Shown here one piece after another: positions 54,570-63,374 of a DNA stretch of 64,000 nucleotides. The stretch comes from a virus (taxonomy: Duplodnaviria > Caudoviricetes): IMG/VR virus record IMGVR_UViG_3300009168_000006, positions 1,015-65,014 of that record; one strand, written 5' to 3'. The notes beneath the pieces are model-generated. The model was not told the DNA's origin. It searched no databases and was given only the letters and a program-made list of their open reading frames with translations. Both the position numbers and the translations under genes were made by a program. Each line of letters opens with the position of its first letter. Position 1 is the stretch's first letter.

Positions 54570-56024
54570 TCAGACTGCCACGCCCAGGTCGATCTCCTCG
54601 GCGTCGATCTCCTCGGCCTCCGCGATGTCGTCGGCCTCGCTGCTCTCCTCCTCCTCGGCCTCCTCGTCCAGCTTGTCCTCGGTCAGCTTCTGGAGCAGGG
54701 CGTCGGCGCGGTTGACCTGCGTCCCGGTGACGGGGCGCTTGCCCTTGCTACCCGCCTCCTTCCACTCCCGGCTGGCGTCGAGGATGGCGTACGCCTCGGC
54801 GGCGGTGGTGGGGTTGGCGACCAGGGCCACGGCCTCCCCGGCCTCGGCCTCGGTGGCGGGAGCGGTGGCGGCGACGGTCGCCTCGTTCTTGGCGACCTGG
54901 GCGGCCTGCTCCCCGGTCAGGGCGGCCTGCGCCTTGGCCTTGCCCTGCGCCTTCTTCAGCCCGCGCACGATCTCCTTGGCCTGGGCGATGGAGATGACGT
55001 ACTCGGGCTGCACCTTCGGCGGGGCGCCGTGCCAGTCCTGCGCCAGGTAGGACAGGCACATGGCGGCCAGCTTCTGGATGGCGCTCTTGGTCTCGCCCGC
55101 CATGTCCACGTAGGCGCCCGTGCGGAGGGCGTCGAGCACCGTGGTCAGGGACTGCGGGGTCACCTTCTCCTCGGCCTTGAGGGCGGCCGGGCTGGCGCGC
55201 CGGACGGTGGTGGTGGCGCCGTTGGCGGGAGGCGTGGTGGTCTCGGCCTCGCCCTCCTCCTCGTCGTCGTCGCCCTCGTCCTGGGCGGCGGCCTCGATGT
55301 CGGCGTCGGACACCGTCGCGCGCTCGCCCGTGGGCGTGGCGCTCAGGTCGCCGCCGTTGGTCGGGCCAGCGGGCACGGGCGGAGCGGCGGGCGTCTTGCC
55401 CAGCGCCTCGTCGGCGGCCGCCTTGACCGCACCCTTCGGGGCGTCGGCCACGTCGCCCGTCTCCGTCGTCGCCGCCACCTTGTCGGCCACGGCGACGAGC
55501 AGCTTCGGGTCGCCCTTCAGGATGGAGAACTCGGACAGGCGGGAGGCGATGGACGGCAGGCCCCGGCCGTTGGCGGTGAGGATGGCGGCCACCATGGCCT
55601 GGTCGATCAACTGGTAGACGCGCGGGCGGGAGATGCCCAGCCGGTCCATCGCGTAGGCCCCGAAGGAGGCGTACCCGGCGTCGGCCCACAGCTTGCGCTC
55701 CCGGATTTCCAGCAGCGCCTCGCCCGCCAGGATGTACTTCTCCATCCCCTCCTTGACGATGGCCTCCAGGGCGTCGAGCGTGCGGTCGGTGAAGGTGACG
55801 TAGTTGATGGCCTTGTCGCCGTCGATGGTGGTGGACAGGTAGCGGCCCTTCTGGTTGGTGCCGCCCTTGATGTCCTCGCCCACCACGCCCGCCAGGTTGC
55901 GGACGTCGCTCGCCTTGATGGGCACGATCTGCTGCTTGGTCTCGTCCACGGGCGTCTCCTCCTTGGTGCTGGTGTCCACGGCTGCGGCTGCGGTCGCGTT
56001 GGTCTCGGCCTGCTGCTTCGCCAT
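54570..56024 (-). CDS. Ala-rich protein with central HTH-like domain and acidic tail (484 aa)
   Basis: AGEALLEIRERKLW...Y.SF..Y...RLGISRPRVYQLI; AAGGAGTACG RBS. Confidence 0.75.
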   Translation of the reverse strand: MAKQQAETNATAAAAVDTSTKEETPVDETKQQIVPIKASDVRNLAGVVGEDIKGGTNQKGRYLSTTIDGDKAINYVTFTDRTLDALEAIVKEGMEKYILAGEALLEIRERKLWADAGYASFGAYAMDRLGISRPRVYQLIDQAMVAAILTANGRGLPSIASRLSEFSILKGDPKLLVAVADKVAATTETGDVADAPKGAVKAAADEALGKTPAAPPVPAGPTNGGDLSATPTGERATVSDADIEAAAQDEGDDDEEEGEAETTTPPANGATTTVRRASPAALKAEEKVTPQSLTTVLDALRTGAYVDMAGETKSAIQKLAAMCLSYLAQDWHGAPPKVQPEYVISIAQAKEIVRGLKKAQGKAKAQAALTGEQAAQVAKNEATVAATAPATEAEAGEAVALVANPTTAAEAYAILDASREWKEAGSKGKRPVTGTQVNRADALLQKLTEDKLDEEAEEEESSEADDIAEAEEIDAEEIDLGVAV

Positions 56025-56174
56025 CCGGCGTACTCCTTGTGCGGCGTCGGCTCGCTGGCTGACTGCCGCCTGCTGCCGTCTATCTGGCTAGACGGCAGAG
56101 GGCGATGGTCAGGGTTGGTCGGAGCGGACGGTTCGGTAATGGTAGCACAAGCACGTAGCTAGTGCCAGGTACTG

Positions 56175-56510
56175 TCAACCTCTGGGCGGGTGCGCCTCCT
56201 CGCACCGCACCACCAGGTCGGCTACTCGGGCGAGGCTGCGGGTGTGGCGGGAGGTGGTGGGCGAGTAGTCGCAGAGGTAGGCGACCTTCTTCCCGGTGGG
56301 CGAGGTCTCCCCGACCCGGTGCCAGTAGGAGTAGACGTTCTGCCCGTCCGTCCGGAGGCTGGAGTTGGGGGCGTTGTAGGGCTGGCCCCCGCGCCAGTGG
56401 TAGGCCACCTGGTCCACCGTCCACCGGCTGCGGTGGAGGGCGGCCAGGTACTGACCGGTGGGCGGGGCCTGGAGTCGGGGCAGTGCGGGCGGCGCGCTCT
56501 TGGTCGGCAA
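56175..56510 (-). CDS. hypothetical protein
   Basis: TTG after AAGGAGACCAAC; VYSYW...DYSPTTSRH. Confidence 0.6.
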   Translation of the reverse strand: MPTKSAPPALPRLQAPPTGQYLAALHRSRWTVDQVAYHWRGGQPYNAPNSSLRTDGQNVYSYWHRVGETSPTGKKVAYLCDYSPTTSRHTRSLARVADLVVRCEEAHPPRG

Positions 56511-56585
56511 GGGTTGGTCTCCTTCCGAGGGTTGAGATCGGTTGGCGGCAACAGTGATCTGCTGCCGAATGGTTGGCGGCCGCAA

Positions 56586-57380
56586 CTACCTGGGGGTGGG
56601 CTTCTGGCTGTCCCGGTAGACGGACAGCCAGACGTTCAGCACCCCGCGCGCCTGGGCGACGGTGATGCTGCTGTTGCGGAACTCGGGGCGGACGTCCAGC
56701 TTGCGGCGCACGTCGCGCATGAAGGTGTTGTCCCCGGCGTAGCGGTCGAGGTACTCGACGGCGGCCACCTTGAGGCGGGGGTTGCGCTCGACGTGGGCGT
56801 CGGTGAACTTCTGCCCCGCCTGCATGAGGGTGGACATCGCCTTCTCCACCCCCCGGGCCAGCGCCTGGTCGTACGCCTTGGCCGGGGCGGGGGCCACCGA
56901 GGAGACCGGGGCGGCGTCGGCCGTGGGCGGCAGCCCGTTCATGCGCCGGATGCGGGCGTCCTTCTCCTGGCTGGTGCGGGCGGCGGCGTCCCGGTCGAGC
57001 ATCAGGTCGTGGGCCAGGGCGACGGCCTCGACCACGGCCTCCTCGTCGGCGGCCAGCACCGGGTTGTAGGTGGCGAAGGACACGGCCGCCAGGTACAGCC
57101 AGTGGCGGCGGCGCACCTCGACGGTGCGGGGCGAGGCGCCCGGCGCGTCGGCGGGCAGGCTGTCCGAGTAGGCGATGTCGAGGGCGGCGCTGAGCACCAC
57201 CTCCAACTGGTTCCACGCCTCCCGGTGGGCGTCCTTGCCGGTGGCGACGGGGGCGACGACGGCGACGGGCATCGGGGTGTTGGTCACGGGCTTCTCCTCC
57301 TTGCGGACAACCTGGGCGGCCACGGCGGGGCGCAGGACGCCGGTCTGCTTGGTGGTGCGCTGCGTCTTGCTCAAGTCCAA
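56586..57380 (-). CDS. hypothetical protein (264 aa)
   Basis: AAGGAG RBS; GC3 bias. Confidence 0.7.
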   Translation of the reverse strand: MDLSKTQRTTKQTGVLRPAVAAQVVRKEEKPVTNTPMPVAVVAPVATGKDAHREAWNQLEVVLSAALDIAYSDSLPADAPGASPRTVEVRRRHWLYLAAVSFATYNPVLAADEEAVVEAVALAHDLMLDRDAAARTSQEKDARIRRMNGLPPTADAAPVSSVAPAPAKAYDQALARGVEKAMSTLMQAGQKFTDAHVERNPRLKVAAVEYLDRYAGDNTFMRDVRRKLDVRPEFRNSSITVAQARGVLNVWLSVYRDSQKPTPR

Positions 57381-57499
57381 GTGCGTGCTCCTTGTGTGGT
57401 GCGGTGTGGGTGTTGGTCACCCCCCGGGGTACGTCCCCAGGCATCGCCACACACCACCGCTGGTGTGTGGCGTGGCCTACTGACTACCCGTGGTGTGGG

Positions 57500-57787
57500 C
57501 TAGCGGCTGGCGATGGCGTTGCTGGCGGCGGTGAGCGTCTCGTCCACCTCACGCACTACCTTGTTGTGCTGGTCCTTCAGGGCGCTCTCCCGCTGGGCGA
57601 GGTCGTAGATCGTGGTCTCGGTGCGCTCCAGCATGGCGAGCACCTCGGCCATCGGCAGGTTGGCGGCGGCGTGCTTCACGTTGCGAACAAGGTGCATGGC
57701 CTGGGCGTAGGCTGCCTCCTTGCCCTGGTGGAAGCACGCAGCCTGCGTGTGGTGGACGAGCATCTCGGCGGCGTGGCTTGCGCTCAT
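57500..57787 (-). CDS. coiled-coil hypothetical protein
   Basis: AAGGAGACCAAC RBS. Confidence 0.65.
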   Translation of the reverse strand: MSASHAAEMLVHHTQAACFHQGKEAAYAQAMHLVRNVKHAAANLPMAEVLAMLERTETTIYDLAQRESALKDQHNKVVREVDETLTAASNAIASR

Positions 57788-57811
57788 AGGTGTTGGTCTC
57801 CTTGTGCTTGG

Positions 57812-58225
57812 TTACTCAGCGACACAGCCGAGTGAGGGGGCACCTTCCTCGGGCTTCTCTCCCGGGTAGGCGGCCTCGCCCCGGACCCAGGCGCGGAACG
57901 CCTGGCTCCAGGGATCGGGCCGGTACTGGAGCACCTCGATACGGGGGCGCACCAGCCCGTCGTTGCACGGCTCGGGGCGGTAGTCGGCGCCCGCCCCGGC
58001 GACGTCGGTGGGGACGACCCCGTGCAGGGACTCGACGGTGATCCCGGCGGCGGCCGGGCCGTTGGCAGCGGTGACGCGGAAGCCCCGGCCCTCGCCCATG
58101 TCGAGCCAGATTTCCGGCTCGCCGTTGGGGAACAGCGTCACCTTGACGCCAGGGAACAGGGAGTACGGGTCATCGAAGAGGCGGGCGTAGGCGGCCTTGG
58201 TGCGGCGGCGCAGGCGTACACGCAT
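57812..58225 (-). CDS. hypothetical protein
   Basis: ATG after AAGGAGACCAACACCG. Confidence 0.65.
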   Translation of the reverse strand: MRVRLRRRTKAAYARLFDDPYSLFPGVKVTLFPNGEPEIWLDMGEGRGFRVTAANGPAAAGITVESLHGVVPTDVAGAGADYRPEPCNDGLVRPRIEVLQYRPDPWSQAFRAWVRGEAAYPGEKPEEGAPSLGCVAE

Positions 58226-58331
58226 CGGTGTTGGTCTCCTTCTGCGGGCGTGGTGTGCTGGGTAATTCCCAGCCATCGCCCGTCTACCTGGGTAGACAGG
58301 CGTGGGCTGCCAATTACTCGGCGTGCGTGGT

Positions 58332-58502
58332 TTACGTGGTGTGCAGGAGTCGGCAGGCGTCGGGCCAGTACCACCCGACCGGGCAGCACGTGGCCATGAC
58401 GTCGTCGTTGAACAGGTCCGCCACCGGGGCGAACACGCGCCGGGAGCGGACGGGGCGGACGCACAGGTTGGACGGGTTGGAGCGGCGGCGGCGGCGGCGC
58501 AT
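58332..58502 (-). CDS. small basic protein (56 aa)
   Basis: GAGGAGG RBS; MRRRRRSNPSNLC... Confidence 0.45.
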   Translation of the reverse strand: MRRRRRRSNPSNLCVRPVRSRRVFAPVADLFNDDVMATCCPVGWYWPDACRLLHTT

Positions 58503-58514
58503 GCGTTGGCCTCC

Positions 58515-58736
58515 TCAGTCCTGGTAATCGTGGCGGCAGCGGGCGTTGCAGAACGGCGGGCTCCAGCGCAGCCCGCGGAAGCGCGGCCCGGTCTCGCCGT
58601 CGCTGACCCAGGCGTAGCGGTACAGGGTGCGGCGGACCTGGCCGCACCAGGCGCAGGTGAGTCCCGTGCCGGACTCGGACTGGCGGAGGTACTCCCCGCG
58701 GGCGAACGGATCGCGGCCGACGCTGACGATTGGCAT
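58515..58736 (-). CDS. small zinc-finger protein
   Basis: CAWCG...FCNARC; AAGGAGTACG RBS. Confidence 0.7.
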   Translation of the reverse strand: MPIVSVGRDPFARGEYLRQSESGTGLTCAWCGQVRRTLYRYAWVSDGETGPRFRGLRWSPPFCNARCRHDYQD

Positions 58737-58745
58737 GCGTACTCC

Positions 58746-59048
58746 TTACTTGGCCATGATCGAGCGGTACATGCGGCCCTCCTGGCGGGCGAGCCACGCG
58801 CCCCCGTACCAGTGCTTGCCGTCCTTGCCGAAGTCCCACGGCGTGGCGATCTCGTTGGCGACGGGCGCGGGCGTGCTCGGCTCCTCCTCCTGGGCGGCGC
58901 GGTACAACCACGCGCGCTCGGCGGCGCGCATGCGGCTGTGCCAGATGCGCTTGTCCTGCTTCTCCGAGTGGCAGACGCAGATGCCCGCGATGGGTGTGCG
59001 GTTGTAGCTGTGGCCGGTGCGGGTGCCGTGGGCGGAGCGACGGATCAA
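58746..59048 (-). CDS. hypothetical protein (100 aa)
   Basis: TTG after GGAGACCAACACCC; SEKQDKRIWH...WDFGKDGK. Confidence 0.65.
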   Translation of the reverse strand: MIRRSAHGTRTGHSYNRTPIAGICVCHSEKQDKRIWHSRMRAAERAWLYRAAQEEEPSTPAPVANEIATPWDFGKDGKHWYGGAWLARQEGRMYRSIMAK

Positions 59049-59141
59049 GGGTGTTGGTCTCCCTCTGGGCGTGATCTCTGGGTAGTTCCCAGGCGCGTGC
59101 CTACCCCACGTGGGGTAGGCACTGGCCTACTAACTACCTGG

Positions 59142-59384
59142 TTAGCGGTAGCGGCGGGCGCGCACGTATCCCAGGTAGCGGGCGCCGTCGTACAGTTCCC
59201 AGCCAGCGCGGGCGCGCACGGCGTCCCCGGCCAGGTAGCGGGTGGCGCACTCGCGCGCCCACTCCCCGGCGTCGGCGTGCGCTTGCTCCAGCGTGCCGGG
59301 GTTGGAGACGCACGTCTCCGTGCCGTCCCGGCCCTCGGCGTAGGCGGCGTACGCGCGCTCGGGGGCGATGGTGATTTCGAGCAT
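59142..59384 (-). CDS. hypothetical protein (80 aa)
   Basis: AAGGA RBS before ATG 59384. Confidence 0.55.
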   Translation of the reverse strand: MLEITIAPERAYAAYAEGRDGTETCVSNPGTLEQAHADAGEWARECATRYLAGDAVRARAGWELYDGARYLGYVRARRYR

Positions 59385-59403
59385 CGGTTGTTCCTTTCCT
59401 GGC

Positions 59404-59655
59404 TCAGCGGCAGCGGGCGGGCGCGCTGTACCCACCCTGGTAGCGGCTGCCCACCATGGCGGCGCCGCGCGCGGGCGCGTCGATCTCGTGGAGCAGCCCG
59501 TACAGGTCGCGCAGGCGGCGCGCGGACATGCTGCGCTCGTAGTCGGCGCTGGGCTGGCGCCCAACCGGGGCGGCGTCCACGTCGGAGTACGCGGTGGCGT
59601 TTACCAGGCGGGCGAGGTTACGCGGGAACAGGTTGGTAGCGTGGGCGTAGCGCAT
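59404..59655 (-). CDS. hypothetical protein (83 aa)
   Basis: ATG after GGAGACCAACG. Confidence 0.6.
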   Translation of the reverse strand: MRYAHATNLFPRNLARLVNATAYSDVDAAPVGRQPSADYERSMSARRLRDLYGLLHEIDAPARGAAMVGSRYQGGYSAPARCR

Positions 59656-59744
59656 CGTTGGTCTCCACTGGGCGTGATTCCTGGGTAGTCCCCAGGCGCG
59701 TGCCGTCTACCCGGGTAGACGGCACTGGCCTACTGACTACGTGG

Positions 59745-60005
59745 TTAGGCGGCGCACTCGCGGGCGGCCCAGCGGTCGGGGGCGCGGTCGGCGTACCAGC
59801 GGTCGCCGCTGTGGACGCGGCCGTGGCAGTCCACGCACACGAGTCGGACGTTGGCGGCGGCGTTGTTGCTGGGGTTGCCGTCCTCGTGGTGGCGCTCCCG
59901 GGCGGGGGCGTAGAAGCAGTCCTGGCATAGCTGGCCGCGCAGCGGGTACCGCTGCTGGCAGCGTTTGCGGGCGAGCAGGCGGCGGCGCTTCTCTTCCTGG
60001 GACAC
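59745..60005 (-). CDS. HNH endonuclease
   Basis: CQDC......RHHEDGNPSNN...NVRLVCVDCH..VH. Confidence 0.85.
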   Translation of the reverse strand: MSQEEKRRRLLARKRCQQRYPLRGQLCQDCFYAPARERHHEDGNPSNNAAANVRLVCVDCHGRVHSGDRWYADRAPDRWAARECAA

Positions 60006-60114
60006 GGGTTGGTCTCCGTGCGGCGTTCTCTGGGGTAATCCCCAGGCGCGTGCCCACCATTCCTGGTGGGCACTGGCCTGCTGAGTACCTGGTGGGCGAG
60101 TGGGTGTAGGGGCG

Positions 60115-60846
60115 TTACTTCCCGGCGCGGACCTGGGCGGCGCCCAGCGCGGCGGCGCGGGCGTTCATCTCGCGGAAGGCGGCGGCGCGGGCGGCGTCCC
60201 CGGAGGTGCGGCCCTTGCCCTTGCCCTTCGGCGTGGTGATCTGCCAATCCCACGCGGCGGCCGTGCGGTTCCAGGCGACGATGTAGGCGGCGTCCCCGAC
60301 GCGGCCCAGGTGCACCACCGTCCCGTTCTGGCGCGTGCGGGTGAGCGCCGTCGTCTTGACGCTGGGCGCGGCGGCGGTCTCCTCGACAACCGGCGCCGCC
60401 TCAGGCGCGGGCGACGTCGCGGCCTTGCGCGCGGCCCGGTTGGCGGCGGCGGTGGCGCGCCCCTTCGCCAGGTTGGCCAGGTTGCGCTCGCGGGCGGCGT
60501 CGGCGGCGGCCTTGGTCCCGAGCGGCTGCACGGGTCCGGTGATCTCCTGAACCGGCGCGGCCATCTGCTGCTGCTGCGCCATCTGCTGAATCTGGGGGAC
60601 CGGGGCGACGACGGCGGCCGGGATGATGGCGCGCACGGTGGCGGCCAGGTCGGCCACGATGCCGCCGAGGGTCTGCATCTGGGCGTTGGTCGCGGCCTGC
60701 TGGTCCGCGAGCATCTGGGCGAGGGTCTGCACGGTGAGGCGATTCATCTGCAACTCCTTGTGCATGCTGGTGGGCGCGGCCTTCGGCTTGCCCTTGGTCG
60801 CACCGGACGGGACCGTGGTGCGGCTGGGAGTCTTCGAGAAGGTCAT
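60115..60846 (-). CDS. Ala-rich hypothetical protein, first gene of the leftward early operon
   Basis: AAGGAG RBS before ATG 60846. Confidence 0.7.
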   Translation of the reverse strand: MTFSKTPSRTTVPSGATKGKPKAAPTSMHKELQMNRLTVQTLAQMLADQQAATNAQMQTLGGIVADLAATVRAIIPAAVVAPVPQIQQMAQQQQMAAPVQEITGPVQPLGTKAAADAARERNLANLAKGRATAAANRAARKAATSPAPEAAPVVEETAAAPSVKTTALTRTRQNGTVVHLGRVGDAAYIVAWNRTAAAWDWQITTPKGKGKGRTSGDAARAAAFREMNARAAALGAAQVRAGK

Positions 60847-60889
60847 GAGGCGTGCTCCTTGTGCGCGTGCGCCGTTGGTGGCGCGTGGT

Positions 60890-61820
60890 ACCCCTGGCAT
60901 ACGCCAGGCATCTACCCAGCTAGACGCCGCCCCTGCTAGCGGCGACTCCTGGGCAGTTGCCTACCGATGGTGCGGGTAGGGTGGGAGGGTCACGCTGGCG
61001 TCACCAGCGGTCAACGTCGCAACAGGCGAGTCTCGTGGCGCGCGGCGGGTCAGGATGACTGCCACTGCCGCACGCGGGGGACACCGTGCCTATCGTCTCT
61101 CCCGGGCCGCGCCTCACTCCGGAGCCATGCGGAGGTTTGCGCGCGCCCCTTCCCCCAGATACGGGGGGCGCGCCGTTCCCCACCGGGAGCGGCGCATTCG
61201 ACCCAGATAGCCGGTTGCCAGCCGGTGCAACCTGGGCGCGGCCTACGGACGGACGCGGCTGATCGGGTGCTCCGACTCCGCTGCCCCCGGCGCCCCCTCA
61301 CGGCCGTTCCTTCGAGCCACTCCCGCGCTAGGGGCCAGAATCACCTGGCTTTAGGGCAGACTCGAACGTTCGGCCGCTCAGCAACGCTGGCGGTCCGTCC
61401 TACCGGGGGAGCCATTCCTGGCTCAACCCCGGCGGCGCCGGTCTCACGTGTCCGGCAGACGAAATGGCATCGCTACACTCGGCCGGGAGCAAGCCTGCAA
61501 ACGCTCCCGTCACCTGTACCCCGTGCCGTTCACAACAGAAACGGCGCCGGGGCGACTGGCCCCCTGTGCCTAGGGAAGGACGGCGGTTCCGCCGCGCCAT
61601 TCGTCTCAGGTTTGCACCTGTCGCCCCCCGTAGGGAAGCGATCAACTCTGGCGATCCTCGCCCAATCGTCTTAGGGCCAGGTTCAGCGGGTCACGCGCAC
61701 CGTCCCACCAGAACGGACACGTTCCAGGGGCCAGCCGAGTAGCGGACAGTTGTTAAGGGGAGACTTGCGCCTCCGGTGTCTCCCGGTGCGGTTGGGGAGG
61801 TGTCCCCCCGTCCGGCCCGC
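60890..61820 (-). ncRNA. candidate large structured RNA / leader
   Basis: No credible ORF; many hairpins with GNRA/UNCG loops and long-range pairing; lies downstream of a sigma70-type promoter. Confidence 0.5.
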
Positions 61821-61831
61821 TCGACAGGTCT

Positions 61832-61860
61832 AGCTTAGCTGACACATCCGACCATTGCAA
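61832..61860 (-). promoter_or_regulatory. sigma70-type promoter TTGCAA-N17-TAAGCT
   Basis: Exact 17-nt spacer; points into the leftward early region. Confidence 0.65.
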
Positions 61861-62978
61861 CCTCTCCAACCGTTCCGACGTCCCCAAAAGTGGTTGTCAA
61901 CAGCCTGTCCCCCATCTGGTAGCGGGGCAATTTCACGAGTTTTTTTGTGGTATCGAAATTACCCCTCGTAACCTGGTACTCCTGGTAGGCCGGTCCCCAG
62001 GTCGCTGTTTTGCCCCCTTTTTTGCCTCGCGAAACGCAATGGAAACGCAAAGCGCCCCCATCTGGTAGGGCGCCTGTCAACGGGGTAGGAAAACACCCCT
62101 TTCCGCGGACCGCCGGAATCGGGTCACCGGAGGTGCCTCCGGTTAGCTACCTGGTGGACGTCTCGCCGGGTAGACACCGGTCCCCCTGGCGGCGAGCACG
62201 GATGGCACCTCGCCCGGTCCCGGCCTGGCAGCGGGCGCGCCTGGCAACGGTCGCGGTGGCCAACGGCGCGCCATCCGGGGTTGCCGTGACTGGCACGGTT
62301 GGCCAGTCCGGCGGGTGTCTGCCACACCACGGCGGGTGTCAGGTTGCCAGGCAACGGCCAACCGGTCTGGCCCCCGCCTCACGCACGCGGCCCAGAAGGG
62401 GGCCGATACCCCCCAGGATGGCCCCCGGTGGCCCGGGATTGGGGGGGTGGTCACCGAGACGACGAACCAATTTCCACATGTATCGCCACTCGATACATTG
62501 CAAGCGTGCGCGTGGGCGCGTAGGATGCGGGCAATCGGTGGGCTCGCGTACCCCTCCCGCTCGCGGGGGCAAAGGGGGGAGGGGGGGGAATTGGGGGTAC
62601 GAACCACCTAATGGCCCCCCGGAGGGGGAGTCTGAGGGGGAACCTGCGGGTTCCTGAAGGGCGACCTCTCCCTTCCTCTCGCAGCCGGACCTGACCTACC
62701 ACACCAGCGTGCTGCCCAAGGCCGGGGTGTGGTAGGCTAGGTTCCTCCCCGGTGGTCGCCCTGGTCCCCCAGCGTGCGAAAGCTGCTGGCTGGCCGTTGT
62801 GGTGGTCACCGGGGAGACACGACCCCTGAGAGGTGGTACCACTCGGGGGTCTACCTTTTGGAGCGGTGACGCCACCCAAAGCGCGTAGCGCGCCTGAAGC
62901 GTGGCCTCACCCGGAGCACCAGCCCCCTCCCTGGCGACAGGTCGAGGGGGTTCGTGATTCACGGGGTAGACTGACCCC

Positions 62979-63374
62979 ATGACCGACCAACCAGAGACAC
63001 CACCGCTCAACGGGTTCGAGGCCCGCAAGTGGAAGCCCGGCCAGACCGGGAACCCCGGCGGCCGCCCCCACGGCTACGTCCCCTTCGCCCCCATGCTCCG
63101 CCGCGCCCTCCTCAAGGCCGACCGCCGCAACCGTACCCAGATGGAGAAGATCGCGGAGAAGGTCGTCGCCATGGCCGCCCAAGGCGACATGGACGCCGTC
63201 CGCTGGCTCTCCGACCGGGTGGACGGCAAGGTCGCCCAGTCCATCTCCGTGGACTCCCAGCAGACCGTCCACGTCGTGCCCTGGCTCCCCGCGATCAGGG
63301 AAGCGGTCAACGCGAATGAGTTGATCGAGGGCAAGGCTGAAGAGGTAGAAGTTGACGGCGAGCGTGGGGAGTAG
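62979..63374 (+). CDS. terS: terminase small subunit (DUF5681-like N-terminus)
   Basis: KWKPGQTGNPGGRP and A.QGD..A...L.DRVDGKV.Q; directly upstream of TerL. Confidence 0.8.
   Translation: MTDQPETPPLNGFEARKWKPGQTGNPGGRPHGYVPFAPMLRRALLKADRRNRTQMEKIAEKVVAMAAQGDMDAVRWLSDRVDGKVAQSISVDSQQTVHVVPWLPAIREAVNANELIEGKAEEVEVDGERGE

Larger units (their letters stand above)
57412..60092 (-). repeat. five dispersed ~85-nt structured intergenic elements (57412-57490, 58230-58320, 59053-59140, 59657-59742, 60008-60092)
   Basis: Shared architecture GTA(g)TY-RGY-AGSC-CA-[variable perfect hairpin]-RY-GSCT-GGG-RAYTAC-CC...GACCAAC, with compensatory changes. Confidence 0.85.

Noticed and set aside
57412-60092. 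Integron attC cassette array
   Set aside because: One copy has GCCTAAC at the stop codon, but there is no matching GTTRRRY end and no integron integrase.
60890-62978. tRNA genes in the non-coding region
   Set aside because: No cloverleaf with proper D and T arms is visible; GTTCGAG near 61361-61366 (- strand) lacks supporting stems by eye. tRNAscan-SE would settle it.
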